64,000 nt of DNA from Macrostomum lignano (lineage: Eukaryota): NCBI GenBank assembly GCA_002269645.1, contig NIVC01000413.1, forward strand, positions 372,001 to 436,000, in the 5' to 3' direction. The notes under the pieces were generated by a model, which searched no databases, was not told the DNA's origin, and saw only the letters and a list, made by a program, of their open reading frames with translations. A program made the position numbers and the translations under genes. Each line of letters opens with the position of its first letter. Within the stretch, counting starts at the first letter, position 1. This document shows, piece after piece, positions 28,030 through 38,822 of the stretch.

Positions 28030-31000
28030 AACAGTGACATCTGATGACATCTGAGTGACATCCTGATAGAACACTGCATGTATCAGGTGACATCTGGATA
28101 GAGTGACGTCTGAATAGAGTGACATCTGGATAGAGTGACATCTGGATAGAGTGACATCTGGATTGAGTGACATCTGGATAGAGTGACATCTGTATAAAGT
28201 GACGTCTGTATAGAGTGACATCTGGATAGAGTGACATCTGGATAGAGTGACATCTGGATAGAGTGACATCTGGATAGAGTGACATCTGGATTGAGTGACA
28301 TCTGGATAGAGTGACATCTGTATAAAGTGACGTCTGTATAGAGTGACATCTGGATAGAGTGACATCTGGATAGAGTGACATCTGGATAGAGTGACATCTG
28401 GATAGAGTGACATCTGGATAGAGTGACATCTGGATAGAGTGACGTCTGTATAGTGACATTTGGATAGAGTGACATCTGTATAAAGTGACGTCTGTATAGA
28501 GTGACATCTGGATAGAGTGACATCTGGATAGAGTGACATCTGGATAGAGTGACATCTGGATAGAGTGACATCTGGATAGAGTGACGTCTGTATAGAGTGA
28601 CATCTGGATAGAGTGACGTCTGTATAGTGACATTTGGATAGAGTGACATCTGTATAAAGTGACGTCTGTATAGAGTAACATCTGGATAGAGTGACATCTG
28701 GATAGAGTGACGTCTGTATAGAGTGACATCTGGATAGAGTGACATCTGGATAGAGTGACATCTGGATAGAGTGACATCTGGATAGAGTGACATCTGGATT
28801 GAGTGACATCTGGATAGAGTGACATCTGGATAGAGTGACATCTGGATAGAGTGACATCTGGATTGAGTGATATCTGGATAGAGTGACATCTGGATAGAGT
28901 GACGTCTGTATAGAGTGACATCTGGATAGAGTGACGTCTGTATGGTGACATTTGGATAGAGTGACATCTGTATAAAGTGACGTCTGTATAGAGAGACATC
29001 TGGATAGAGTGACATCTGGATAGAGTGACATCTGGATAGAGTGACATCTGGATAGAGTGACATCTGGATAGAGTGACATCTGGATAGAGTGACATCTGGA
29101 TAGAGTGACATCTGGATAGAGTGACGTCTGTATAGAGTGACATCTGGATAGAGTGACGTCTGTATAGTGACATTTGGATAGAGTGACATCTGTATAAAGT
29201 GACGTCTGTATAGAGTGACATCTGGATAGAGTGACATCTGGATAGAGTGACATCTGGATAGAGTGACATCTGGATAGAGTGACATCTGGATAGAGTGACA
29301 TCTGGATAGAGTGACATCTGGATAGAGTGACATCTGGATAGAGTGACATCTGGATAGAGTGACATCTGGATAGAGTGACATCTGGATAGAGTGACATCTG
29401 GATAGAGTGACATCTGGATAGAGTGACATCTGGATAGAGTGACATCTGGATAGAGTGACATCTGGATAGAGTGATATCTGGATAGAGTGACATCTGGATA
29501 GAGTGACGTCTGTATAGAGTGACATCTGGATAGAGTGACGTCTGTATGGTGACATTTGGATAGAGTGACATCTGTATAAAGTGACGTCTGTATAGAGAGA
29601 CATCTGGATAGAGTGACATCTGGATAGAGTGACATCTGGATAGAGTGACATCTGGATAGAGTGACATCTGGATAGAGTGACATCTGGATTGAGTGATATC
29701 TGGATAGAGTGACATCTGGATAGAGTGACGTCTGTATAGAGTGACATCTGGATAGAGTGACATCTGGATAGAGTGACATCTGGATAGAGTGACATCTGGA
29801 TAGAGTGACATCTGGATAGAGTGACATCTGGATAGAGTGACATCTGGATAGAGTGACATCTGAATAGAGTGACGTCTGTATAGAGTGACATCTGGATAGA
29901 GTGACGTCTGGATAGAGTGACATCTGGATAGAGTGACATCTGGATAGAGTGACGTCTGTATAGAGTGACATCTGGATAGAGTGACATCTGGATAGAGTGA
30001 CATCTGGATAGAGTGACATCTGGATTGAGTGACATCTGGATAGAGTGACATCTGGATAGAGTGACATCTGGATAGAGTGACGTCTGTATAGAGTGACATC
30101 TGGATAGAGTGACATCTGGATAGAGTGACATCTGGATAGAGTGACATCTGGATAGAGTGACATCTGGATAGAGTGACATCTGGATAGAGTGACATCTGGA
30201 TAGAGTGACATCTGAATAGAGTGACGTCTGTATAGAGTGACATCTGGATAGAGTGACGTCTGGATAGAGTGACATCTGGATAGAGTGACATCTGGATAGA
30301 GTGACGTCTGTATAGAGTGACATCTGGATAGAGTGACATCTGGATAGAGTGACATCTGGATAGAGTGACATCTGGATTGAGTGACATCTGGATAGAGTGA
30401 CATCTGGATAGAGTGACATCTGGATAGAGTGACATCTGGATTGAGTGATATCTGGATAGAGTGACATCTGGATAGAGTGACGTCTGTATAGAGTGACATC
30501 TGGATAGAGTGACGTCTGTATAGTGACATTTGGATAGATTGACATCTGTATAAAGTGACGTCTGTATAGAGTGACATCTGGATAGAGTGACATCTGGATA
30601 GAGTGACATCTGGATAGAGTGACATCTGGATAGAGTGACATCTGGATAGAGTGACATCTGGATAGAGTGACGTCTGTATAGAGTGACATCTGGATAGAGT
30701 GACGTCTGTATAGTGACATTTGGATAGAGTGACATCTGTATAAAGTGACGTCTGTATAGAGTGACATCTGGATAGAGTGACATCTGGATAGAGTGACATC
30801 TGGATAGAGTGACGTCTGTATAGAGTGACATCTGGATAGAGTGACATCTGGATAGAGTGACATCTGGATAGAGTGACGTCTGTATAGAGTGACATCTGGA
30901 TAGAGTGACATCTGGATTGAGTGACATCTGGATAGAGTGACATATGGATAGAGTGACATCTGGATAGAGTGACATCTGAATAGATTGACATCTGGATAGA

Positions 31001-31105
31001 GTGACATCTGGATAGAGTGACATCTGGATAGAGTGACATCTGGATAGAGTGACATCTTCATTGAGTGACATCTAGATAGAGTGACATCTAGATGAAGTGA
31101 CATTA
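28030..31105 (+). repeat. 16-bp minisatellite of about 3 kb (GATAGAGTGACATCTG) with recurring variant blocks
   Basis: Direct inspection; source of three ORFs of about 1000 aa on the minus strand. Confidence 0.98.
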
Positions 31106-31324
31106 CCGATAATTAAAATGCCAAAGAATTGGCAACTGTAGAGTGAAAATTTCATGCTTCAATAAATTTATCAACAACCAGGCCAATTCACCGGCTGTTA
31201 GAATCGCCTGAAAGTCGATCTAAACCTACGCAGACGGCTGACACTCTGTGCCGACTTCTGTCTGACCTGGCCTCGGTTGGTTACTTAGGCAGCTACATCA
31301 ACCTGGCCAACCGCTGCGGCTGCG

Positions 31325-31710
31325 TGAGTGACATGGCATCGTACTAACGTTGTGACGGAGTGACATTGTGAATTTATGCCAGTATGCCAGAGTGAGACTG
31401 GCACTGAGACGGAGTGACATTGAGACGGAGTGAGAATGAGACGGAGTGACATTGAGACAGAGTGACATTTGAGACGGAGTGATATTTAAGATGGAGTGAC
31501 ATCTGAGATGGAGTGACATTTGAGACGGAGTGACATTTGAGACGGAGTGACATTGAGACGGAGTGACATTGAGACGGAGTGACATTGAGACGGAGTGACA
31601 TTGAGACGGGGTGACATTGAGACGGGGTGACATGAAGATGGGTGACATTGAGACGGAGTGACATTTGAGATGGAGTGACATTTCAGACGGAGTAACACTG
31701 AGACGAATGA
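31325..31710 (+). repeat. 15/16-bp intronic minisatellite (GAGACGGAGTGACATT)
   Basis: Direct inspection. Confidence 0.9.
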
Positions 31711-32047
31711 CAAAGCAACGAAATATCTCTCATCCCAAACCCCCAGACTCCGCTCTCCATCTGCCTACTCACTGAGCAGTACTCTATGTTGTGTATTGCA
31801 AAGGCATGCGATGCGTAGGGGTAGTTCGGGGACAGCGTTTCTAGAAACTTCCACCGCGGACTTGTTTACGCATAGTTCCAGAAGTTTCCTTCCCCGGTCT
31901 TTCTAGAACTTTCCTTCCCCGCGTGCATAAATATACGAGCCGCCCTCCTATTGGCCAAGCCCCTCTTTTGGTGCCACTGAGCGCCCGGATAATTATCTAT
32001 CTTGTTTCTGCGTTCGTTAATTCAACAACAGACCATTGGCGACGAGG

Positions 32048-33330
32048 ATGGCGGCTAGCATCCCTGCACCCACGCCCTTCCTGGCGAACTGCGGATCACC
32101 GACAGTACCATGGAGCCGATGGATTGAGGCCTTTGAATTTTATTACGAGGCGGCCCAATTCAAGGAGCCCGAAGGGAAGGAAGAGGCGAAACCGCTGAAG
32201 AGGAGCCTTCTGCTCCATCTGCTTGGATTTGAAGGTCAGCGGGTTGCTCGAGCACGCCAAGCAATCAAGGAGAACGACACGTTCGCAGCAACTAAGGCGG
32301 AGCTCGAGAAGATTTTCGGCGAGAAGCCCAACGTGATGGTAGCCAGATATCGCTTCCGCCAGCGCCAGCAGCTACCCGGCGAGGACGTCAAGACCTTCGT
32401 GGCAGCCCTGAGGGAGCTGACGGAGCTGTGCAACTACGGCGCGATACAGGACGATCTCATCAGAGACCAGCTGGCTGAGAAGACCAGTAACCCCAGAATC
32501 CGAGAGAGGCTGCTGACGGAGAAGGTGGAGGACCTCAACCTGGCGAAAGCACTCAGCATCGCGGTCTCCATCGAGGAAGCCTCCAAAGAAGCCAAGGCGA
32601 TGGCGCCATCAATCTCGAGCACGGCAGCCGTCCAATCGATCCGACAGCCGAGGGGCCAGAAGGTCGCTGCAAAGGGGAGGCACCGCCCAGCACCAGCTGG
32701 CAGGACGGCCAAACCCGGCGGCGCCTGCACGCGCTGTGGGCGAGACCACGGACCGACGACCCACTGTCCGGCCAAGGGCAAGACATGCGAGGCCTGTGGC
32801 AAGAAGAACCACTTCCGGAGTTGCTGTCGCAGCCAGCAGGCTGCTGTCAATGCCGCGGACGAGGTGATCACAGTCTACGCAGTGCCGGGTGGCGACAGGG
32901 AGGTCCGGGCGACGCTGGAACTCGGACCGGACAGGACCGCTGTCAGCCTGATGGTGGACTGCGGCGCAAGGGTGTCGCTGCTGTCCCGACAGACCGCCGA
33001 CCGGATCTCAGGCGCAGTCACCTCTCCCACTACGACGAAGCTGCGTGCCTACGGCGGACTGCCGATCCAGCTAAGTGGTGTCACCGAGCTGGAGGTGCGC
33101 TACGGCGACAAGGCGATGCAGCACCGGTTCTTCGTTGCGCCAGGCGGCGACAACATCGTCGGTAGAGACCTGATGGAGAAGCTGGGCTTCCGAGTCGACC
33201 TTAGCGGGCAGCCGCCCGGAATCGCGGAGGTCAGCGACTTGACGGCGGACTTGCAGGCGCGGTACCCAACGACCTTCAGCGGTGCGATAGGATGCTGCGC
33301 CGGCGCTGTACACCAGCCAAGGTCGACCCA
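32048..33330 (+). CDS. Gag (two zinc-knuckle-like Cys/His clusters) plus aspartic protease; first part of gag-pol
   Basis: RYRFRQRQQLPGE, IRDQL, CTRCGRDH...HCPAKGKTCEACGKKNHFRSCC, LMVDCGA and IVGRDL. The frame shifts to the pol frame near 33320. Confidence 0.9.
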
Positions 33331-36018
33331 GCAGTGCGACCCGTCCAGCAGCCACTCCGCCGCCTGCCCCTCATGCGACAGGAGCAGGTCGGTGCCGAAC
33401 TCGACAAGATGGAGAAGGACGGCATCATCGAGCGAGTCAACGCTAGCGAGTGGGTCTCCAATCTAGTGGTGACGGCGAAGAAGGATGGCAGCATCCGAAT
33501 CTGCGTCGACGTTCGCGAGCCGAACAAGGCACTGATCGTCGACAAGCACCCGATGCCACAGCTGGACGAGATTGCCTCGAAGATCAAGAAAGGCCGTGGC
33601 CGAGTGTTCAGCAAGATTGATCTGAAGTCGGGCTACATGCAGATGCAGCTGCATGAATCGAGCCGCAATCTGACAGCCTTCATCACGCACAAGGGGCTCT
33701 TCCGCTATCGTCGAGTTCCCTTCGGCCTGGCATCGGCACCAGCTGCTTTCCAGCGCATGCTCGACGATCAGGCCGCCGACCTCGACGGAGTGGAGCACAT
33801 CCTGGATGACTTCATCGTGTACGGGCGCAGCGAGGAGGAGCATGATCGACGACTGGAGAAGTTGCTCCAGCGCCTCGAGGACAAGGGCATGACGGTGAAC
33901 AAGCAGAAGTGCGCCTTCAAGCAGAAAGAGGTCGAATTCTTCGGATTCGTGATCTCGGAGGCCGGCATCCGGCCAACGGAGTCAGCCACAGCGGCCATCA
34001 GGGACATCCGGCAGCCCGGAGATCAGAAGGCGTTGAAGTCATTCCTAGGCGCCGCTAACTTCCTGATGCGCTTCGTGCCGCACTACGCCGACATCACAGA
34101 GCCGCTTCGAAGGCTCCTGAAGGCCGACTCCAACTTCGACTGGACGCCGGAGTGCCAACGGGCGTTCGAAGCAGTGAAGGACGCCATCAGCAAGGCACCG
34201 ACGCTCGCCCACTTCGACCCGAAGGCCGACACTATTGTCACCACGGATGCCAGCGCCAAGGCCATCGGAGCCCAGCTGTCGCAGATCCAGGACGGCGTCG
34301 AGCGACCGGTCGCCTTCGCCGCCCGAGCGCTGACGACGACGGAACAGCGCTACGCCGCGAACGAGCGCGAGGCACTGGCTAGCCTCTGGGCGATGGAGAA
34401 GTGGCATTTCTACCTCTACGGTCGCCACTTCGAGCTGCGCACAGATCATCAGGCGCTGCAGCAGCTACTTCTCGGACCGACCGGCACGGGACACCGGCCA
34501 CTGCGGATCCATAGGTGGTGCGACCGGCTGCTGCAGTACGACTTCCACGTGCGCTACCTGCCAGGAAACAGCAACTACGTTGCCGATCTGCTTTCCCGGT
34601 GGAGCAGCGGATCGGAGCTAAACCTGATCCACCTGCCCGACACTCCAGGCCCGAGAGTCAAGGCGGTCACACTGGAAGCACTTACCGCAGGGACCGCAGC
34701 TGACGAGACACTGAGGACAGCCATCAGGAGCGTCATTAGCGGCCGGTGGCCAGCTGACATCGACGACGTTGAGCTGCGGGCTCTCTGGAAGGTGCGCGAA
34801 CAGCTCAGCGTCTGGAACAACGGCAAATGCCTCGCCTTCCAGGAGAGAGCAGTCATCCCGGAGTCTCTCCGCGGCCATCTTCTCGAGCAGGCTCACGAAG
34901 GGCACCAGGGCATCGTGCGCACCAAGCAGGCGCTCCGCGACTCAGTCTGGTGGCCCGCCATGGACAAGGCGGTCGAGACCTTCGTGCGACACTGCGTAGC
35001 GTGCGAGACAGCCGAGAAGAACTTTAAGGTCAGTCCGGCCCCGCTCAAGACCATACGCTGGCCAGATTCACCATGGGCAGAGATCGCCGTGGACATCGTC
35101 GGAGAACTGCAGGCGGCGCCGGCCTCTAGCAGGTACCTCATCGTCGTGACGGACCTGCACAGCAAGTGGCCGGAGGTCATCCCGACGGCCAGCATCACCA
35201 CGGAGACCATCTGCCGTGCGATGCGCAGCCTGTTCGCAAGGTGGGGGCTGTGCGAGAAGGTGCTGACGGACAACGGCCCGCAGTTTGGCAGCGAGTTCTC
35301 GGACTTCTTGGCCGAGCAGGGCATCCGGCACGTCAAGACCAGCCTCTACCATCCGCAGACCAACGGCCAGACGGAGCGTCTCAATCGGTCGCTGCTCGCC
35401 AGCATCAGAGCGGCCATGGCGGAGAACAGGCCGTTTCAAGACGCCGTGACCAACTTCTTGTCTGCCTACCGGAGCTCCAAGCACAGCCTGACGGGCAAGT
35501 CACCGGCCGAGCTCATGCTGGGTCGGAAGTGGCGCACCGCGATCACCATGCTGTCTCCCGGAGGGGGAATGACAACGACCGAGGCGACGCCTCAGGCACT
35601 GCGGCAGCAAATCGAGGCGCGGCAGCAGCGGATCAAGGCCTACACCGATGCCAGACGAAGGGCCCGCCCCGAGACGTTCCACCCCGGCGATTGGGTGAGA
35701 ATCCGACGGCCCACCAAGAAGGGCAAGCTGGGTACCCGCCTCTCACGGCCACTACAAGTGCTCCGTCAGGCGGGACACCACGCGGTCGAGCTCAGCGACG
35801 GCACCAGATGGAACCAGCAGCGGCTGATCCGAACGCCGCACCCGGCGCAGCCGAGAGAGCGGTTCGACCCACTGGTGGACTCGGCGCCAACGACCGGAGC
35901 CGGCACGGCGGCACCGGCGGCACCGGCGGCGGAGCCTCCGGCAAGAACAGCAGCGCCCCGCCGATCTGAGCGAGCCAGGCACCCGCCGATACGCTTCATG
36001 AACTGCCGCTGGGACTGA
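33292..36018 (+). CDS. Pol: reverse transcriptase, RNase H, integrase
   Basis: SKIDLKSGY, VPFGLASAP, ILDD, TDAS, RTDH, HEGHQG...C..C, DNGPQF and QTNGQTER. Confidence 0.95.
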   Translation: MLRRRCTPAKVDPAVRPVQQPLRRLPLMRQEQVGAELDKMEKDGIIERVNASEWVSNLVVTAKKDGSIRICVDVREPNKALIVDKHPMPQLDEIASKIKKGRGRVFSKIDLKSGYMQMQLHESSRNLTAFITHKGLFRYRRVPFGLASAPAAFQRMLDDQAADLDGVEHILDDFIVYGRSEEEHDRRLEKLLQRLEDKGMTVNKQKCAFKQKEVEFFGFVISEAGIRPTESATAAIRDIRQPGDQKALKSFLGAANFLMRFVPHYADITEPLRRLLKADSNFDWTPECQRAFEAVKDAISKAPTLAHFDPKADTIVTTDASAKAIGAQLSQIQDGVERPVAFAARALTTTEQRYAANEREALASLWAMEKWHFYLYGRHFELRTDHQALQQLLLGPTGTGHRPLRIHRWCDRLLQYDFHVRYLPGNSNYVADLLSRWSSGSELNLIHLPDTPGPRVKAVTLEALTAGTAADETLRTAIRSVISGRWPADIDDVELRALWKVREQLSVWNNGKCLAFQERAVIPESLRGHLLEQAHEGHQGIVRTKQALRDSVWWPAMDKAVETFVRHCVACETAEKNFKVSPAPLKTIRWPDSPWAEIAVDIVGELQAAPASSRYLIVVTDLHSKWPEVIPTASITTETICRAMRSLFARWGLCEKVLTDNGPQFGSEFSDFLAEQGIRHVKTSLYHPQTNGQTERLNRSLLASIRAAMAENRPFQDAVTNFLSAYRSSKHSLTGKSPAELMLGRKWRTAITMLSPGGGMTTTEATPQALRQQIEARQQRIKAYTDARRRARPETFHPGDWVRIRRPTKKGKLGTRLSRPLQVLRQAGHHAVELSDGTRWNQQRLIRTPHPAQPRERFDPLVDSAPTTGAGTAAPAAPAAEPPARTAAPRRSERARHPPIRFMNCRWD

Positions 36019-36717
36019 TTAAAGTGAAGCTTGGGGACTGTTGGACTCCTTGAAGGAGGGGAAGAATGTTGTATATTGCAAAGGCATGCGATGCGTAGGG
36101 GTAGTTCGGGGACAGCGTTTCTAGAAACTTCCACCGCGGACTTGTTTACGCATAGTTCCAGAAGTTTCCTTCCCCGGTCTTTCTAGAACTTTCCTTCCCC
36201 GCATGCATAAATATACGAGCCGCCCTCCTATTGGCCAAGCCCCTCTTTTGGTGCCACTGAGCGCCCGGATAATTATCTATCTTGTTTCTGCGTTCGTTAA
36301 TTCAACAACAGAACACTCTAACCTCATATCCGTGCTAATCTCCCACGGAGCCCAGCTGCACCACCTGTGCGGCAGCTTGGCAGACAGGTGCAACCACTTG
36401 CACTTCGCCATGTCCAAGGCCAGTCCCAAAACCATAGACAGCACCTTGGACGAGGTGTTTCGCACCTACCCAAGCGAAGCGGACGGAATGTACGCCCTGA
36501 ATCGTCGGGGTGAGACCCCCAAAGCCGCGCTGATGAGGCGCACCGAGGAGGCTACGCTGTGCGCTTGGCGCGAGCCGCACCTGCCTGGTCAGCTGACTCG
36601 GATTCTGGAGCGAATTCCTTAAAATCAGCTTTTTCAGTATTGCGTTGAAGGCGATTTTCAGGGGGGGGGGTGGATTTTTAGTGGGAGTTGAAGGTGATTA
36701 TCAATGGGGTTGAAAGC

Positions 36718-37545
36718 GATTGTCAGAAGGGTGTAGGAGGCGATGTGTCAGAAAGGTGTTAGAGGCGATGTGTCAGAAAGGTGTTAGAGGCGATGTGTCA
36801 GAAAGGTGTTGGAGGCGATGTGTCAGAAAGGTGTTAGAGGCGATGTGTCAGAAGGGTGTAGGAGGCGATGTGTCAGAAAGGTGTTGGAGGCGATGTGTCA
36901 GAAAGGTGTTGGAGGCGATGTGTCAGAAAGGTGTTAGAGGCGATGTGTCAGAAGGGTGTAGGAGGCGATGTGTCAGAAAGGTGTTAGAGGCGATGTGTCA
37001 GAAAGGTGTTGGAGGCGATGTGTCAGAAAGGTGTTGGAGGCGATTGTCAGAAGGGTGTAGGAGGCGATGTGTCAGAAGGGTGTTGGAGGCGATTGTCAGA
37101 AAGGTGTTGGAGGCGATGTGTCAGAAGGGTGTAGGAGGCGATGTGTCAGAAAGGTGTTAGAGGCGATGTGTCAGAAAGGTGTTGGAGGCGATGTGTCAGA
37201 AAGGTGTTGGAGGCGATTGTCAGAAGGGTGTAGGAGGCGATGTGTCAGAAGGGTGTTGGAGGCGATTGTCAGAAAGGTGTTGGAGGCGATGTGTCAGAAG
37301 GGTGTAGGAGGCGATTGTCAGAAAGGTGTTGGAGGCGATGTGTCAGAAGGGTGTAGGAGGCGATTGTCAGAAAGGTGTTGGAGGCGATTGTCAGAAAGGT
37401 GTTGGAGGCGATGTGTCAGAAGGGTGTAGGAGGCGATTGTCAGAAAGGTGTTGGAGGCGATGTGTCAGAAGGGTGTAGGAGGCGATTGTCAGAAAGGTGT
37501 TGGAGGCGATGTGTCAGAAAGGTGTTGGAGGCGATTGTCAGTAAG
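36718..37545 (+). repeat. 24/25-bp minisatellite (GAGGCGATGTGTCAGAAAGGTGTT[A/G])
   Basis: Direct inspection. Confidence 0.95.
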
Positions 37546-38282
37546 GGAGTTGGAGATAATTTAATATTTAAAATTACAAACTCGAAAAACAGTGAAAACT
37601 ATGATCTGTCAATTTTTTTATCATTAAATTGTCAGTTCAAGCGGACACCAAATGAACCAGCTGCTGAAATGGCACATTTATTTCATTGGGATTGAATGTA
37701 AGCACTGAATTAGGCATTTGAACAATAAAGTACTGCAGTTATAAAAGCGCACAAAATCAATGATAATGTACATACATACAACGCGCCCTGTGACATGATG
37801 ACAAGTTACGAAACAACATAGAAATGCCAGAAATGAATTATAAAATACACAATTCAAGGGTTAATTAGAAAGGGTATGCATAGCTAGTTTACAATAAGCA
37901 TATTAATTAATGATTACAACACATACAATAATTAAAATTGATGGAAAATATGGAAATATACATGGAACAAAATAATATTGAAAATGAGCCTTAAATCAAA
38001 CTTCGGATAATTGAGATTATTTAAATCCCAATTAGGAAGTCCTGGGAGTTAAGGATTACTGAAATCCCAAAAGGGGATTTCTGAGATTTGGGGATTATTG
38101 AAATCCCAATAGCGGATTTATGAGATTTGGGGATTATTGCAATTGTAACTGGGGATTTTTTAGGAGTTGTGGATTTCTAGGATTGGAGGATTATTGAAAT
38201 CCCAATAGCGGATTTCTGGGATTTGGGTATTATTGGAATACCAAGGGATTTATGGGTGAATGAAGCCAGTCAGACAGTTTAT

Positions 38283-38673
38283 TCAACCAGAGGGCTGTCC
38301 GTTTCCGCCAGCGCCTCCACCCCCGCCGCCGCCTCCAGCCAGCCCGGGCATGAAGAAGGCGCAGTTGTCAAGGCTGTCGGCGGCTTCGGCCACGTCAACA
38401 GCTTCAGCAATGCCGGGTGCTTGGGTGGCCAGGCAGTGCAGGCAGACCAGGGCGCACAGGAGCGAGTCCGTGACCACGGCCAGCGAGCCGGCGTGAGACA
38501 CGCTGCTGGCCCGCTTCAGCCGGAGCCCCAGCGCCTGCAGCGAGTCGCCCAGCAACTTCAGGTGGGCGGCCACGTCTAAGGCGGTGAATCTGCCGAGCTT
38601 GGACTTCTCCATTTGCACCTGCGCGGCGTGCGGAGGGCGGAATTGGTGGCTTGTCTGATAGGCAGACAGAGAC

Positions 38674-38735
<62 letters not shown>

Positions 38736-38775
38736 GGACAGACGCGAGGACAGACGGACGGGCAGGCGGACAGAC

Positions 38776-38822
<47 letters not shown>

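Larger units (their letters stand above)
31787..36315 (+). mobile_element. Full-length Ty3/Gypsy LTR retrotransposon (Mag-like), 4529 bp
   Basis: 249-bp LTRs at 31787-32035 and 36067-36315 (TG...CA, 3 differences by eye); 5-bp TSD CTCTA at 31782-86 and 36316-20; PBS TGGCGACGAGGATGG; PPT GAAGGAGGGGAAGAA. Confidence 0.97.
31234..36622 (+). pseudogene. Ankyrin-repeat gene interrupted by an LTR retrotransposon. Exons 31234-31323 and 31747-31786 + 36321-36622; possible upstream exon 27761-27972
   Basis: Removing the element and one TSD copy gives YINLANRCGC|TPLSICLLTEQYSNLISVLISHGAQ...LNRRGETPKAAL, which follows the ankyrin consensus; phase-0 GTGAGT/CCCCAG junction. The 5' structure is unresolved. 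Confidence 0.75.

Noticed and set aside
28019-31103. Three ORFs of about 1000 aa on the minus strand
   Set aside because: A stop-free 16-bp repeat opens all three frames with the same peptide; there is no unique coding context.
33071-36134. Many overlapping and antisense ORFs within pol, including the 267-aa ORF at 35166
   Set aside because: Expected by-products of GC-rich coding sequence; no recognisable motifs.
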